A program made the position numbers and the translations under genes. 64,000 nucleotides of DNA from Oikopleura dioica (Eukaryota; Animalia; Chordata): contig OU015569.1 in the NCBI GenBank assembly GCA_907165135.1, positions 8,951,889 through 9,015,888 of the forward strand, in the 5' to 3' direction. A model generated the notes under the pieces. The model made no database searches and was not told the origin of the DNA. It was given only the letters and a program-made list of their open reading frames with translations. Of this stretch, positions 12,586 through 25,265 are shown one piece after another. How positions within the stretch are numbered: the stretch's first letter is position 1; every line of letters starts with the position of its first letter.

Positions 12586-14770
12586 GATGATATTTCACTA
12601 GAATTCAAAGTTGAGAAACAGTCGTAGACAGATGCCGTCATATTACCTTATTTGATACACGCGTGAGAGGGTCAGCCCTGCGTCGTTGCCAGTTGAATTT
12701 CGTTTCAATTCACTGTACTTTGGTTTAGAAATGCAGAGCTCAAACAAGAGACATTCTTGTATATTAAACTCTTTCATCAATGTCCCGCACGCAGTGGTAA
12801 TGAAAACCTCTACTACGCTTAGAGTTTTGTTTTTTTTTTCTTATAAAAAAGCGTTGAACAAGAATCGAATTTCGATCACTAAAAAATTCACCAGCAAGAA
12901 TCTCTCTGCTGACTTACTGCGTACGTTTTGATGTTTCTAAGTCGTGTTAATTACTTTTACAAAGCTCTTTTTCAAAACGTTCCACGTTCCAGATATTCTG
13001 ATATTGGCGCTTGAAAATATCAATAAGGGTCCCTTCAGAGGGCAATGATTAGAGATGATGTTCATGTGTAGCGGACGATCGCGTAGGAACCGGTGGCGTT
13101 TCTAGTACTCTCCAGTCGCGGAGATCAAAATCACCCCACACACGTCCAAACAAAATGTCCCCAATTCTGATCTTTCGATTGAAATCGCCCATTACCCTAT
13201 CGCTTCGATTTTGGGTAATGTGTATTCAAACATACTCAGTGGAAGGAGCGGACGCTTATCGAAAATTAAAATAATTCTTTTCGCTCGTAGTGTTATTTTT
13301 AGGAACTGTGCGCATTGAGATAGGCGGAATCGAATATTTGCATTACGACATTGAATTCGAGCTCCAGGATCTTTGTTTTTTGATCGTCAATCTTCAAAGC
13401 AACAGCTTCGGAATAACAATCTCCCACTGGATCAAGAACTAGACTAGGGCTCAATCCAAATAAAAAAGCTCAATAGACACTATTCTCCTGAGTCAGACCA
13501 TCGGTTAGAACGGTAAGAACTCGTGAAGTTGATTGATTGAACAGCGAACAACTAGCCGCGACAGATCACAATGCTTTGCACCCACAAATTACATACTGTC
13601 ATGGTGCTTTTCACAGCGCGAAAGAGAAAGATGTTTAAAATGGTAATTGGGCTCTGATTTTGGTATTTTCGTGAGACGTCATCCCGGCCAATTAAAATTA
13701 GCGCACGCAATTGTTTGTGCATTCCGCGCGCCACACATTTTGTTAATCTCCTTTGCACCACATGCGTCCTGGGCGAGGATTCGAAAGCCCATCTTGCAAT
13801 ATCTTACAAAATGTACCCCTTTGAAGAAAAAAGAAATGGTTGATTACAACTGCCCTCACGACAATTTCAAAAACCGCTTGATTCAATACTATATTTTTAT
13901 ATCTACTGAATTTGAAAACTATTATCTTTTCTTTTGGCTTATAAATCTACGTAGTTAACCATAAGCAATTGTGACTAGCTGATATATTTTCGTCAAAATG
14001 ATTCTGGATTCTGCTCCCGTTAATCCAAGCATTTGTGGTGCCTGTAAATTGAGTCCTTCAAAAAAAGTTCTTCCTCGTAAAATAAGCACAGTTTTAAGAA
14101 AAATCTAAAGAGTGAGCTTCTAAAAAAGACTAAAATAAAAAATACTATTCATCCCTGATGAAGTATCGAAAGATCGAAATTGCAACTTAAAATTTAAGCT
14201 TTATCTTAAAATTAATATCGAAATATTTTTTTTTAATTTTGGTAAGTTTGAATATTTAGTTTTCGAGTACCTGGAACGATGAATCTATGAAAGCGTAAGT
14301 TTCTAAATCTCTCTGTTTCTAAACCTATGCCTGAAAAGTGCAGTAGCTAGGACGGAAATTGGCGTTGGTGCTGGTGTTGATCTCTCTGAGTGATCGTCTC
14401 GATTCCTCTTCTTTGAGTACTGATTTACTCGATCGTATTCGCTCCGTGCCCCGCTTGCAGCGCTAGAGCGCGAAAACGCGCCGTTTTCATGAAAATGAAT
14501 TTTTTATGAAGCGCCAGAGAGCGGCACCTAGCATTCAAAGCTTAGCACAGCTGGATCGGGGTTTTTGATCTTCTGATCTTCATGAATAAGTAGCTCATGC
14601 TTTGTAGTAAACGTAAGAAACAAGCCGAACATAAAAATGACAAATTTACTCGATTGACGCTCTTTCCAATTGAAGAAATCCAAATTTAGTTTTAATCTGA
14701 CTGCTCTTAATAAAATTGAACATTTAACAGAGTATCTGTTATGATCTGAAATAGAATATTTTTGGGTGGC

Positions 14771-15016
14771 GGGCGCCCAGGTTCACAATCGGTTGGTTCA
14801 CAATTTTGTGAACTTGGTTCACAATTTCGGTCAAAAAAGTGACTCAAATTGACTGAAGGCCCGGTTGTAGAGAAAGTTAATAACTTCAAAAATGAGTTTC
14901 TCTATGAAATCAGGCGCGGAGCGCATACAGACCCCTGATTTCGTACTTTTAAAAAAATTGTGAACCGGGTTCACACAGATTGTGAACCGGGTTCACAATT
15001 GTGAATCTGGGCGCCC
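14771..15016. mobile_element. MITE-like element of about 246 bp with 19-bp terminal inverted repeats (GGGCGCCCAGGTTCACAAT / ATTGTGAATCTGGGCGCCC) and internal TTGTGAACCGGGTTCACA sub-repeats.
   Basis: Left and right termini are reverse complements with one mismatch. Internal 'ggttcacaat' motifs are reiterated. No coding capacity. Confidence 0.5.
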
Positions 15017-18000
15017 TACACCCATATTTTTTGATTGCATTTATTGGAGCTCGATCAATAATGAGAGCAGAAAATTTTCGAAACTTTCGTAAAAAAAATT
15101 TTTTTTTTAATTTTTTCCGTCGATTCGACGATTCCTTCGAGACGATCATTCGGAAAATAATAAAGATATCTAAGCCGTACAGTATTGAGTACTTGAAGAT
15201 CTTATTTCATGTATTTGAGCCTGAAAATGAGCTAGAGCCAGAGAGATTTTCGAGAAAGCAGTTTTTGTTGTTCTTGAAAATTTCTCTAGAATTGACGTTG
15301 TTGTCAGAGCATTTTTCGGAGTTTTGGTCAGTCTTCGGATTTCGACTGTCCGAAACACGCAAATAACAGGTAGTAAATACTTTAATCTGCGCAAAAAATA
15401 ATTTCACTTTCAAGCCCGAAGAAAAACGAGCACAGGCTCATGACTTGGACCAACTCTGAGAGACACGGATGGATTCAATCCGTGTTCCAAGTTCAACAAT
15501 ATCCTGAAAGAGGGAGCACTCAAGATCACTGAAACCTGAATAAAATCAATTTCTTACTCTATATTGTGTTATTAGTTTATTGTAGAGCTGAGTCGAATCG
15601 TAGAACGGTGGCAGTGTAGTTTCGATTTGAGCTGAGATTTATTCTTCAAGTTTGAAGAAGGAACGAGTTGGTTTAGAAAATTTCTCGAAGCGTAAGTGAT
15701 GGATATCTAATTCAAATTCATCTGTTGCGATGGACTTAAGAATTTCCCGGGCTGCCACCACTAGAATGTCTCCCGTTGTGGCCGCCGCATTAGTTAGCTG
15801 AGTCGCGATCCAAAAAGGATGGGGACTGGGAAAGACGTACAGAAGAACGTGGAATGCAAGCTTACACACTTTCAATACGCTTCTTAAACTCGAACTTGAA
15901 GACGGTGACGTCGCTAAACAAGTAGCTAGAAAATGCGAGCCGGCGCGAGACTCAGCTGCAGAGGATTCAAACTGGCTGAATTAGATTTACGCAGTTATGT
16001 TTTTGTTACGCGGAGTAATTGCTCCAAACAATTTAAACTTGACAAAAATAGAAGATTGTTGTTTCTACCGCTTTAATCCCTTGTTTGAGAAATCCTTCTG
16101 CAAATTAGTGAGATTATGATGCCCTCTATTTACGCGGCAATTAGGAAAGTTGTCGGTAATTAGTGAGCACAGCTTTCGCCAATCAAAACCAGTCATTGTC
16201 TTGTCAATTAACTTTGTACATTCGAGCGGGCCCCAAACACAGGAAACACGAGTTCCTTGCTAGAAGCTTTTGAGTCGCCCAGTTCAAGTCATAAATCCGA
16301 AATAATACTGAGATTAATCTGGGCCGATAATATCGGCATTATTTATCAACAAATATGTCTCGGCACCAGCCGCGCGAGTTCTACATTTTCATCATCAATT
16401 TACGCGCCAGTCTTATCACGAAAAGGACTGCCGGAACTCAAAAATCCCAGAAGCGGCCGGCTCCTAGAGAAGATAAGGAGATTATCGCTCCAGTGTCCTT
16501 ACTGACGCATATTTACTCGTAAGAACGCGGGTCAAAACGTGAAGGAGAACCACAGTGAAGCGTTGAATCGATTGTTCGATAGAAAGAGGGATGATATTTT
16601 ATGACCGCGGGCGAAATCTCACACTGAGAGTGTGATGGTGCATTTTATCGGTTCAAAGCGTAAAAAATCCGAGTTTGAAGTAAGCAGCTTATAGTTGATG
16701 CTTGATGGGGGCAATTTTGAGCAGTTAACCTTTTTGTACCTAATTTAAATGACCACTGTTTTTTGCTGGCTCAAAACCGAAAAAATCATATTAAAATTAT
16801 AAGGGCGGGGATTTAATGAGCCTGTGAATTGAGTTCCACTTGCTAAGCGATGAAGCAATGCGAATAGAAGCAGCCCAGAAGCTTACACGTGTAGACTAGC
16901 ATCGCCATCTTAGCTATGACGGGAATGCCGCAAATAATGCCAGCAGCACGACGAATTCCCTGCATCTTTAAGAGTACAACCGTATATTGCGCCTCTTCTA
17001 GCTTCTCGCCGAGAAATCGTTTTTTTTCCAAAATGGCACGTAAAATTCTTCCTGGAAAAGAAGTAGTCTGCGTCGTGGCATTGTTTCAGGTACGTGGCGT
17101 TGTAATTTAGGCCGCAAAACACTCAGTTCCAGACCCATGCTTACTTTCTGCGGTAATTAATTTGAAAGTTTATTTGAAAACGGCCGCCAGCGAGTCACAG
17201 CTGAGAAGACCAGCATATTCCCCACAATTCACCAATTTGTAAGTGTCGCCTTGGAGTATCCCAAGCCACGTTCTCAATCAAACTTCGTGGAACTGGCACC
17301 AGTCGACGCACAGGAAACGAGTCCCTTTTAAACGCAGGTGCTTACTGCGTCGCCTTGGACAAGATCGAATGCGCCAAAAAAGCATATATGGAGCTGAAGG
17401 TGTCGAGCAAATTATGCGTCTTGTGGTCAGCGAATTGCCAGCAAGCGCTCTAAGCTGTCAACATCATGTGAGTCTATTTTTTTAATAAGCAAGATGGCCC
17501 TTGAGATCTGCTTCGAATCTCTTTCTGAATTTAGCAGAAAGCAAGTCGCCACGTTGAATGCTTTAGAGCGCGCTTCTTTTATCTCCACAAAGTGAATTTC
17601 ATACCGCCAAAATAGATATCGCAAACGAATTCTGAATTTTCCAAATATCTGCGGCCGGCAATAAACGAGACCTAGATCGACTTAATTATGGAATGGCTGT
17701 TGACGGCTGCTAAAAGAAGCGGCGGATCAGAAGCAGACAAACTTAGATTTTTTAGAAATGCAGGCGGTCAGTAATGACAGCGCGGGTGCCTGAGAACGTG
17801 GAATTGTGGCGTCTCAATCGCAACAGTCCCGCACCAAATTTAGATAACTCTTTCCACGTTCCACAATAATGAATACCTCCCCCTTCAGAAACATGCCAAA
17901 GCCATGTACAATCCAGAACTCGCTTCCATTCATTTCAGCCGTCCAGGAGAAATTGCTGTTACAAACAAAAAGTACGCCGATGACGAAAGCGAATTAATTT

Positions 18001-21000
18001 TCAAAATTAGCTTGAGACTCTGTTCCTCCTCTCATCAAATCAGTTTCGCGCTCCTCGGCGCAGGTGCATCAGCATTAAGACCGTTGCCAACATTACCAAC
18101 TACGAGGCCAAATTGACACATGAAATTGCGAGTCTCTCTCGCGAGGACGTGGAAACATTTTTGAGAAAACAAGCAGTGAATTTACTTCTTGTAAGGCTCC
18201 AATTATCTTCCCAATGCGAAAGTCCAACTCGATGAGCGTGACTTTGACAAGCATCAAACTCATGTCAACATTGATTGCCAGATTTTCGCTTTTAAAATCA
18301 ATTGTCCAGCAGAATACATTATTTTTGTTTTGGAAGACTTGCTCGGCGAGACAAGGAAGTCCGTGGGCGTTGCTCAATGTCAACATAATCATAGTGATAT
18401 AAAAAGAAGTCCCAGCAGGTAAGAGTCATGATTACAATGTAGATTGAAAATTTGAATCAAAATCGTACAGCTCGATAATTGAGAGAAAATCGTAACGTTG
18501 GAAACAACATGAAAGCGCCTGAAATGTACAAAGTAAACCCGCAATTACCTACTTCATCGTCATCATGACTGGAGATCATGACGAGTCGTCGACGACTGGC
18601 AAACGTCAAGTTAAAATGATTAAGCGCTGGTCGCTCTATCACTTTCTCACTAACACTTTTGAAGAATCACTCTAAGAAACCTACCTTTCCTCTGATCCAC
18701 TCTGATAATTAATTTTAATCCTGTTTTCTTGATTCTACTGATAGAAACGAATAAATGATTATATGTGATTGTAAATCCTATTTTTCTTTTGAAGACCGTA
18801 TTCTCATTTCGTTCACGTTTATTTTTGGTTTGTTAAAAATCTGTTTCCCGGAGCAAAAATGCTACGACAACTGTCCGAACAAGAATTGATGGTCCTTTTC
18901 TCAGGATCCATTTTAGCTCGCTTTGGTTTCAGATTTGAACCGATCTCCAAGTAGTGCTTTGTGTTCCGCCTTCTTTTACTTTAATACGCCGCTCGTTCCA
19001 GCACCAGGCGAAGCTGTAAGGCTCTGAATTGAGATTCATGACTATTTTTTCCTTCTTTTTCAATTATTGCTGCGAGTTATAATTTAAATTTGTGAAGATT
19101 TTCTTTTGCTCTAGTAGCCAGAGTATTTTTATCAGACGATCAAGATGCTCTTGAAAGGCAAAGGACAATAAAACGACCACAAAAAACATCGTGGGAGATA
19201 AGGGTGGCCCTCAAAACATTTGAAGCAAAGTTTCAGTGGAAATGTTTCTGTGGCTTCTGAAACAAAGCTCTTCAATGTTTATCGATCCTTAAAATTCTGT
19301 CGTCGCCATCTAATTGGCATCCTTAGTACTTCATATTCTCTAGAATTTTACAATACTGAATTAAACTGGTTCAGAGCAAAGCTACCACAGTAATTACCTG
19401 TTGAGTAAGGCTTCTTCTTTTTGCATTTTGAAGAAAGTCGGCGACGGAAATGAACATCTATGAATCGACATTCCAATTCCAGCCAAACCAAAAGTTGCTA
19501 AGAAAGAGATTTACAAATTGATTCTCTTTGGAAAATGCAAATCTCCAAGAACAAGAAGTTTATTGAAAAACGGGCTAACTCGCTAAACCCGTTAATTATT
19601 TTCGAAGTCTCGACTTTGGCGTTGACCGCAATTCCTGACTATCGTTTATTTTCAAAACAATGCGTTTCCTTGTCTTTTAAGTTTACAATTGGTTTGACGT
19701 GGAAATCTACTAACAAAATATTCACTATTTTTAGACAACGCGGATTAATAATAATTGCCCTCGAATTCGAGGTACGCTATTAATGATCCTTTGTCACTTG
19801 TCTTCGGAGTTAACCTTGTGCTATAAAGATTGAAAGCCTTTGCTTACAAAACATAGATCGGGGGTAAAATAATTTAGAGAGGGCCACGCTCAGTCCTCAT
19901 ATAACTGGAGCGCTTGTTTGCTTGCCTAGGATCATCCTATTTACGCCGTACACAAGTACAAATAATTAACACTCGACTTCGTCCTTATTCCTACAAAGTA
20001 GCTTATTTACTCCTCGCACTGAAACGTTCCATAAGTGATAAATTTAGTGAACTCGTTATTCACTCACTTCGAAGAAATCGTTTCTCAAATGTTTCTGTTT
20101 AGAGCTAATTTAATCCTGCTTGATGATTTTATTGCAATAAATTGAGCATTTTGAATGTATTTCCGCTAATTTTGAGACTTCGATTTCTTCCGATAGAGAT
20201 TTGCTTTCTTGAAAAAAAAAGAAACTGACTTTCTAAAGAACGTCATCGCTAGTAATACTCTGTTCTGGACTTGAGTTTTATGAGCTGGCCTAAAATTTTT
20301 ATAATTTGATGTAAATCACGTGTCTGGTATTCTCTGTCAATCTGCTGCTGTAATTCTGCTCGCGCTGCTTCGTCCATTCGTAATTACGAAGAGGTGGAAA
20401 TCGTTGAATTCTCGAGAGGAACGAAGATCGCAGTCTTGGCGAAATTTAGGGGATGTAATGTAGTGGCAAAATTAAATTAATTCGGCGCAGAAAGCGCTCT
20501 GCCCCCCGCGGCTGGACGGCTCATTATCATGCTCGACCATTGTCGTCCTCTCGACGTGGACGCCCTTCAACTGCTCCAATACTGTAGTGCGCTTCTTCTT
20601 GAGCCAATCTGTCTGTGAGCTTCACAAGCAAGGCATACTTTATGTTTATACGTTTTTTTATTCCAGCGTCTTCCGCCTTCTACAACCGACATACAGCAAG
20701 TGCGACAATTAAAAAATCATTTTCCGGCATAATGTTCATTCCCAAGTCCTAACGCATCTACAACGACACCACATTTAATTGCCAGGATGTGGAAGAAAAC
20801 GATGTTTTTTAGAAAATGTTTCGTGAATTATTTTTGTGAAATCAGCGAATTTATAAATATTGCTGTTTTGAAAAAGGCAATAAATAGCGTAAAGATCGTG
20901 GGAAATCGAGCTCGAATTTCGTTGAAATAGTATGAGAACGCAGGTAGAACTGGGAAGTGGACAATGGATGGGGCTAACATAACCGTCCCTTTCATTATTT

Positions 21001-22169
21001 TTTGTTAGTGTTATTACAAGTATTTGGAAAGCTTGCACAGTAGCTTCAACCAGAAGATTGCCACGATATCGTTTTCTAAAAAGAACGTCTCGAAATAAAT
21101 GAATTCAAACGTTCAGGTGGCGTTGGCGAAACTCGAAAATGGAAATAAAAAACAATGTCGCACTAAGTAAATTCAGGAACATTGTTGGCGTCGATTTTCT
21201 AGTATTTAGACTAACTTAATCAAAATTTACTGCCAACAGTACTGATTCTAGAGCGCACTGGATGTACAAATAGGGTCCATTATCTGACAGAAATAGGGGA
21301 AGGATAAATATTTCGGCAACGTTAGACAACACTTTCGACATTGGTTTATAAACACGTAGCACTGGTGATTTCGCTTTCAGAAACTCAGATTTATGGCTTT
21401 TGATTTTCACCGTTTTTAAATTGAGAGATAGCTAGCATGAATGAGATTTGCGAAGACAAACAAGTAAGCTCACATACTTTAGTCTAACTCATCAATCTCG
21501 AATTCTAGCCACAGCTGCTCTGTCTTCAAACTATTCTAGTCAGGAAAGTGATTTATTTCCGATATCATCAGATTCAAAGAGTTGGCCCTGGAGTTTTAGC
21601 GTAGCATTTCTCTTTGATGATTTTTGATCACTTTTGGTAGACACGGCGAGGGCCCATGCCATCGTCTATCACCTAAAGAAAAGGCTCTTTGTCCAAAAAC
21701 ATGTCAGACTTGCAATGGACCTGGTTGCCAGCCAAGTTTTTCACTTTCAATGCATACAGTATTCTCATTCTTATTTTATTAGCTCTAAGTTTACCGATTT
21801 ATCTGGACCATCGTCTATGTCTTACATGAATCGTGCAACGCAGGAATAAGGGAGCTCAAATTGCGTTTAAAACTAAAACGTCATTGCATTAGATTTCTAG
21901 GTCGATACCGCAAATTGTAATTTCAATCACAAATATTAAGGCGCCGGGTAAAAACGATGACCTTGTGGTGACGCCATGTTCCGAGTCGAGTAAAACACGT
22001 GTCCTCTTTTAATTGAACCCTTTCCGTAACTGGTCCGAACAATTCGCTCGCCAAAGCAGCTGTTACCACTCGTGATCGCTGACGAGTAAAGAGACCCTTA
22101 ACCAGAGCTCGCCGTTACGTGCTCGGAAATCTCATTCGGTATCAATTGTTTTTACGCGTTTTGTTTGAA

Positions 22170-23547
22170 AAACTGAAAAAGGATCAAGTTGTACGATGCG
22201 ACTTGGAGTTTATTTCACCATATTACAATTGTGACTTGCTTGAAGCGAGTGAGCGTTTAAGCTGCAAAAGAACATGTCGTCTGTGCCCGGACCAGGTCGC
22301 AACTGTGTCTATTGATTATTCCGATAATCCGATGGGCTGGGGCTCACCTAATTACGATTATGAAAGTACTACAAGGAGTTTTGACACAAGCACGACGAGG
22401 TATGAAGTAACTGGATATACCACAGAATATATTGCGACGACTTCCGGGCCACCCAACCTCGAACAGGATTTGGTCAACTCATACTAGCTTGTTCTCAAGA
22501 TGATCATATTTTATAAAAAAAACTGCTAGTTCACCCAGAAATAGAGCACACGTACACAGCAGTCGTCTCCAAAGATAACCGAGTCAGTCAAAACGACGAA
22601 AGAGCCAAGCCTCGTCCCTTCTGAGAATGGAGTCCCGATAATGCCGGTCCAGCCTGGTATCCTTTGGCCGAGTTCTACCGATTCACCATTTTTAATGCCG
22701 CTATGGCTTCCTCTGTGGGTGGTGATTCTCGTCGGTATCGGATCAATTCTTGTAACTTCTATTTGTTGCTGCGCGTGTTTCAGGTAATCTACGCATTTTT
22801 TCGCATTAATTGATGGCTTATGGATGGTCGTTTGTTCAAAAAACAAGCAGCGAAATATTTTGAGACAAGTTGGAGGGACGTCTACATAAGCATCCTTTAG
22901 GATCAATTTTTTAGGTTCAGAATGTGGCAAATGCGAGTACAACATTATAACGAGGTCAAGAAGCTTCAGAAGCGAGTCAAGAAGGCTGAGAAAGATAAAG
23001 AAAACGACAAAGAAAACGAGAAGAATAAAGAAAGACCAATCGACTCTTCCACAATGCCCGGGTCGCCACCACAGTACTCTGAACGAATGTCGGACATATC
23101 AAGCATTCGCACGGCTACCACTATTCGTACTGATCGTGAAACGCTGAAGGTTTGTCAACGAAATGTAAATCGAATTAACTTCCTTGGTTGTTAAGGCGTT
23201 GTGAAAAACAGTAAGAGGAGTAACACTTTTTAGAGTGCGAAACGCTCACGGAAGCCCGATTTGAAAGATATTTCGGAAGAAGTGATGGAGGAAGCAGAGC
23301 CCCTTAAATCCAAGGACGTGTCTCCACGGGCGTCATCAACTGTAAGTCTTCACTAGATTGCAGTGCTAGAATAGATTTACCACTGTGGCTATTTATGAGA
23401 GCGGCGAAGCTAATACCCGCAATCAGTGCGACTAAATGCGTTTTGTACTTACGTGCTTCTGACTATCGGGTTTCAATTGAACCTTCCAAAGGTGGCACTT
23501 TAACTTTGCAGACGCTAACTAACCCCGGGTGTTATGAGAGCGAATAG
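22170..23547 (+). CDS. Type-I membrane protein with a ShK-toxin-like (ShKT/SXC) cysteine domain, a Thr/Ser-rich stalk, a TM helix and a charged cytoplasmic tail (partial model; the signal-peptide exon was not located). Exons are about 22170..22407, about 22544..22786 (TM), 22915..23149, 23234..23341 and 23512..23547.
   Basis: RCDLEFISPYYNCDLLEASERLSCKRTCRLC has ShKT cysteine spacing. A Thr-rich segment follows. PLWLPLWVVILVGIGSILVTSICCCACF is a predicted TM helix, followed by a GTAATC donor. The tail exons (RFRMWQMRVQHYNEVKKLQKRVKKAEKDKENDKEN...; SAKRSRKPDLKDISEEV...) join in phase. Confidence 0.5.
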
Positions 23548-24568
23548 GCACCACAGAGGCCAACCACAACCGGAAGCAGAAGCGCCGAGTTACGAATGGA
23601 TAAGCACACGCGTGTTGACTTTCCACCGAATTCGATAACGCTTCTAACCAATCTAAAAAATATTTTCTGTATCAGTTTTACTGAACCTATCGTAGGGCAG
23701 TAGGTCGTATGATCGATTTGCCTAGAATCACTCAACTTATTTATGATACCGCTTTTCTCTAGCTAAAAACACTGAAATACGCGATTACTCCGTCGACCGC
23801 GTTTTCTTTAACGTCATTTCGCTTTCAGCTGGGTGCAGTGGTTTCTTATTTAGCCGCAGTCTTAGTGCCCCGGAATCCAAAATCCTGTTATAGAGGGACT
23901 TTGGGCGTTCACGAAGTTCCGTCAACAACAGGGCGATGACGAGTTTGCTTTAATCAAAATAATGAAGTAAAACGAATATTAAAAAAGCGGTCGCGTCCCC
24001 AAACAGGACGGACGTGTAAAGATTGAACAAGCACCATCGTTTATAGTCGATACACAGGCAAGAAAATGACGTGCACGCCCGTTTCTTCAGCGGAATAGCA
24101 CATTTCTCTGTAGGTGACATGACCACGTTTTTAATAATTATCCTTAATGACGCCGTAATTAAGCGATATCAGAGTTAAGTGTCTCGCGATAAATTTTTCT
24201 GTCGCGCACACTGATATCTCTATAAGAAGGTTTTCTTGAAACATTCTCCAAATGAATTGACATTCCGCAGCTTTGATCACCGGTGTACTTTCAGAATATG
24301 ACTGTAAAAGAAGAAGCAACGAAGAATGTAGCACAGCCCCAAGAAGAAAATTACTTGGAAATAGAAACAACGAAGGAAACCTCAAAATCGGGCTTGGGTC
24401 CATGCGACATTTTCTTCTCTATATTATGTCGCGGCAGAATTTTTTCTAAATCACTTAATTCTTAGCGGCACAGGTGGCCAAACTATGTAGTCACTTATTT
24501 ATGACAGGTATTTAATGACAATGTTCCACTCGGGGCGCGTCCTTCCGACAATTAATTGATTTGTTTAG

Positions 24569-25203
24569 ACCTAAAGAACTAAAAATAAATCGCCAAATTA
24601 ATCCCAAAAGTACTATTATTTCTGATCCCACTAAGACACATCCGGCAGTGCCGGAGAAACCGCTGAATCTTGAGAAATCAACTAGCACTGAAAAAGAAAC
24701 CCAATTGCCGAAAAATATCCATGCTAAGAAGGTGAGTATTTCGGGAAAAATGTTCACTGAAATTTTGTTTAAAAATGATGTTTTTTGATTATAGTACAAA
24801 GCTGCCCCTCCACCAAGACCGAATGAGCCTCCACCAGTTCCAGCTGCTCAAAGAAGATCTTTTATAACGACTAAAACTACTGCCACTCAGATCGAAGAAG
24901 AACCCCTTCTATGGAGGTAATATAATGATTTGAAGCATGATGCCTCAGGCATCTAACAGTAATTTTAAGACTTTTAATTTCCCTTCGCCGAAAATGGAAT
25001 CGATTGACCTCAACTTGAAAAGACCACAAAATCGAGCTGGCGAAGACGAGCTCATACAGTTAGAAACCGAAGTGCGTAAGAAAATAGGGAAAATTTACGA
25101 AAAGATTACTGGATTTGTACAACAAGGAGCTCTCACTCCAAATACAGTGAGACAAAGTTTTCCTAATTACGAAAAAGGGCATGGTTTAGAAAAATATAGA
25201 TAG
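24569..25203 (+). CDS. Pro-rich protein of unknown function; the 3' three exons are modelled. Exons are 24569..24731, 24795..24916 and 24960..25203. Upstream exons are unresolved.
   Basis: PKELKINRQINPKSTIISDPTKTHPAVPEK...|YKAAPPPRPNEPPPVPAAQRRSFITTKTTATQIEEEPLLWR|SNFKTFNFPSPKMESIDLNLKRPQNRAGEDELIQLETEVRKKIGKIYEKITGFVQQGALTPNTVRQSFPNYEKGHGLEKYR*. The junctions use GTGAGT/GTAATA donors, introns of 63 and 43 nt and matching phases. Confidence 0.4.
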
Positions 25204-25265
25204 TCGATAAAACGAGTGAAATCACGAACGTAAGAAAATAGTAGACTTCCTTTTTAAAACCGAAG

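Noticed and set aside
14460-14530. Short palindromic stretch CGCTAGAGCGCGAAAACGCGCCGTTTTCATGAAAATGAA, suggestive of a terminator hairpin.
   Set aside because: It is isolated, with no adjacent gene end. A eukaryotic context makes a rho-independent terminator interpretation inappropriate.
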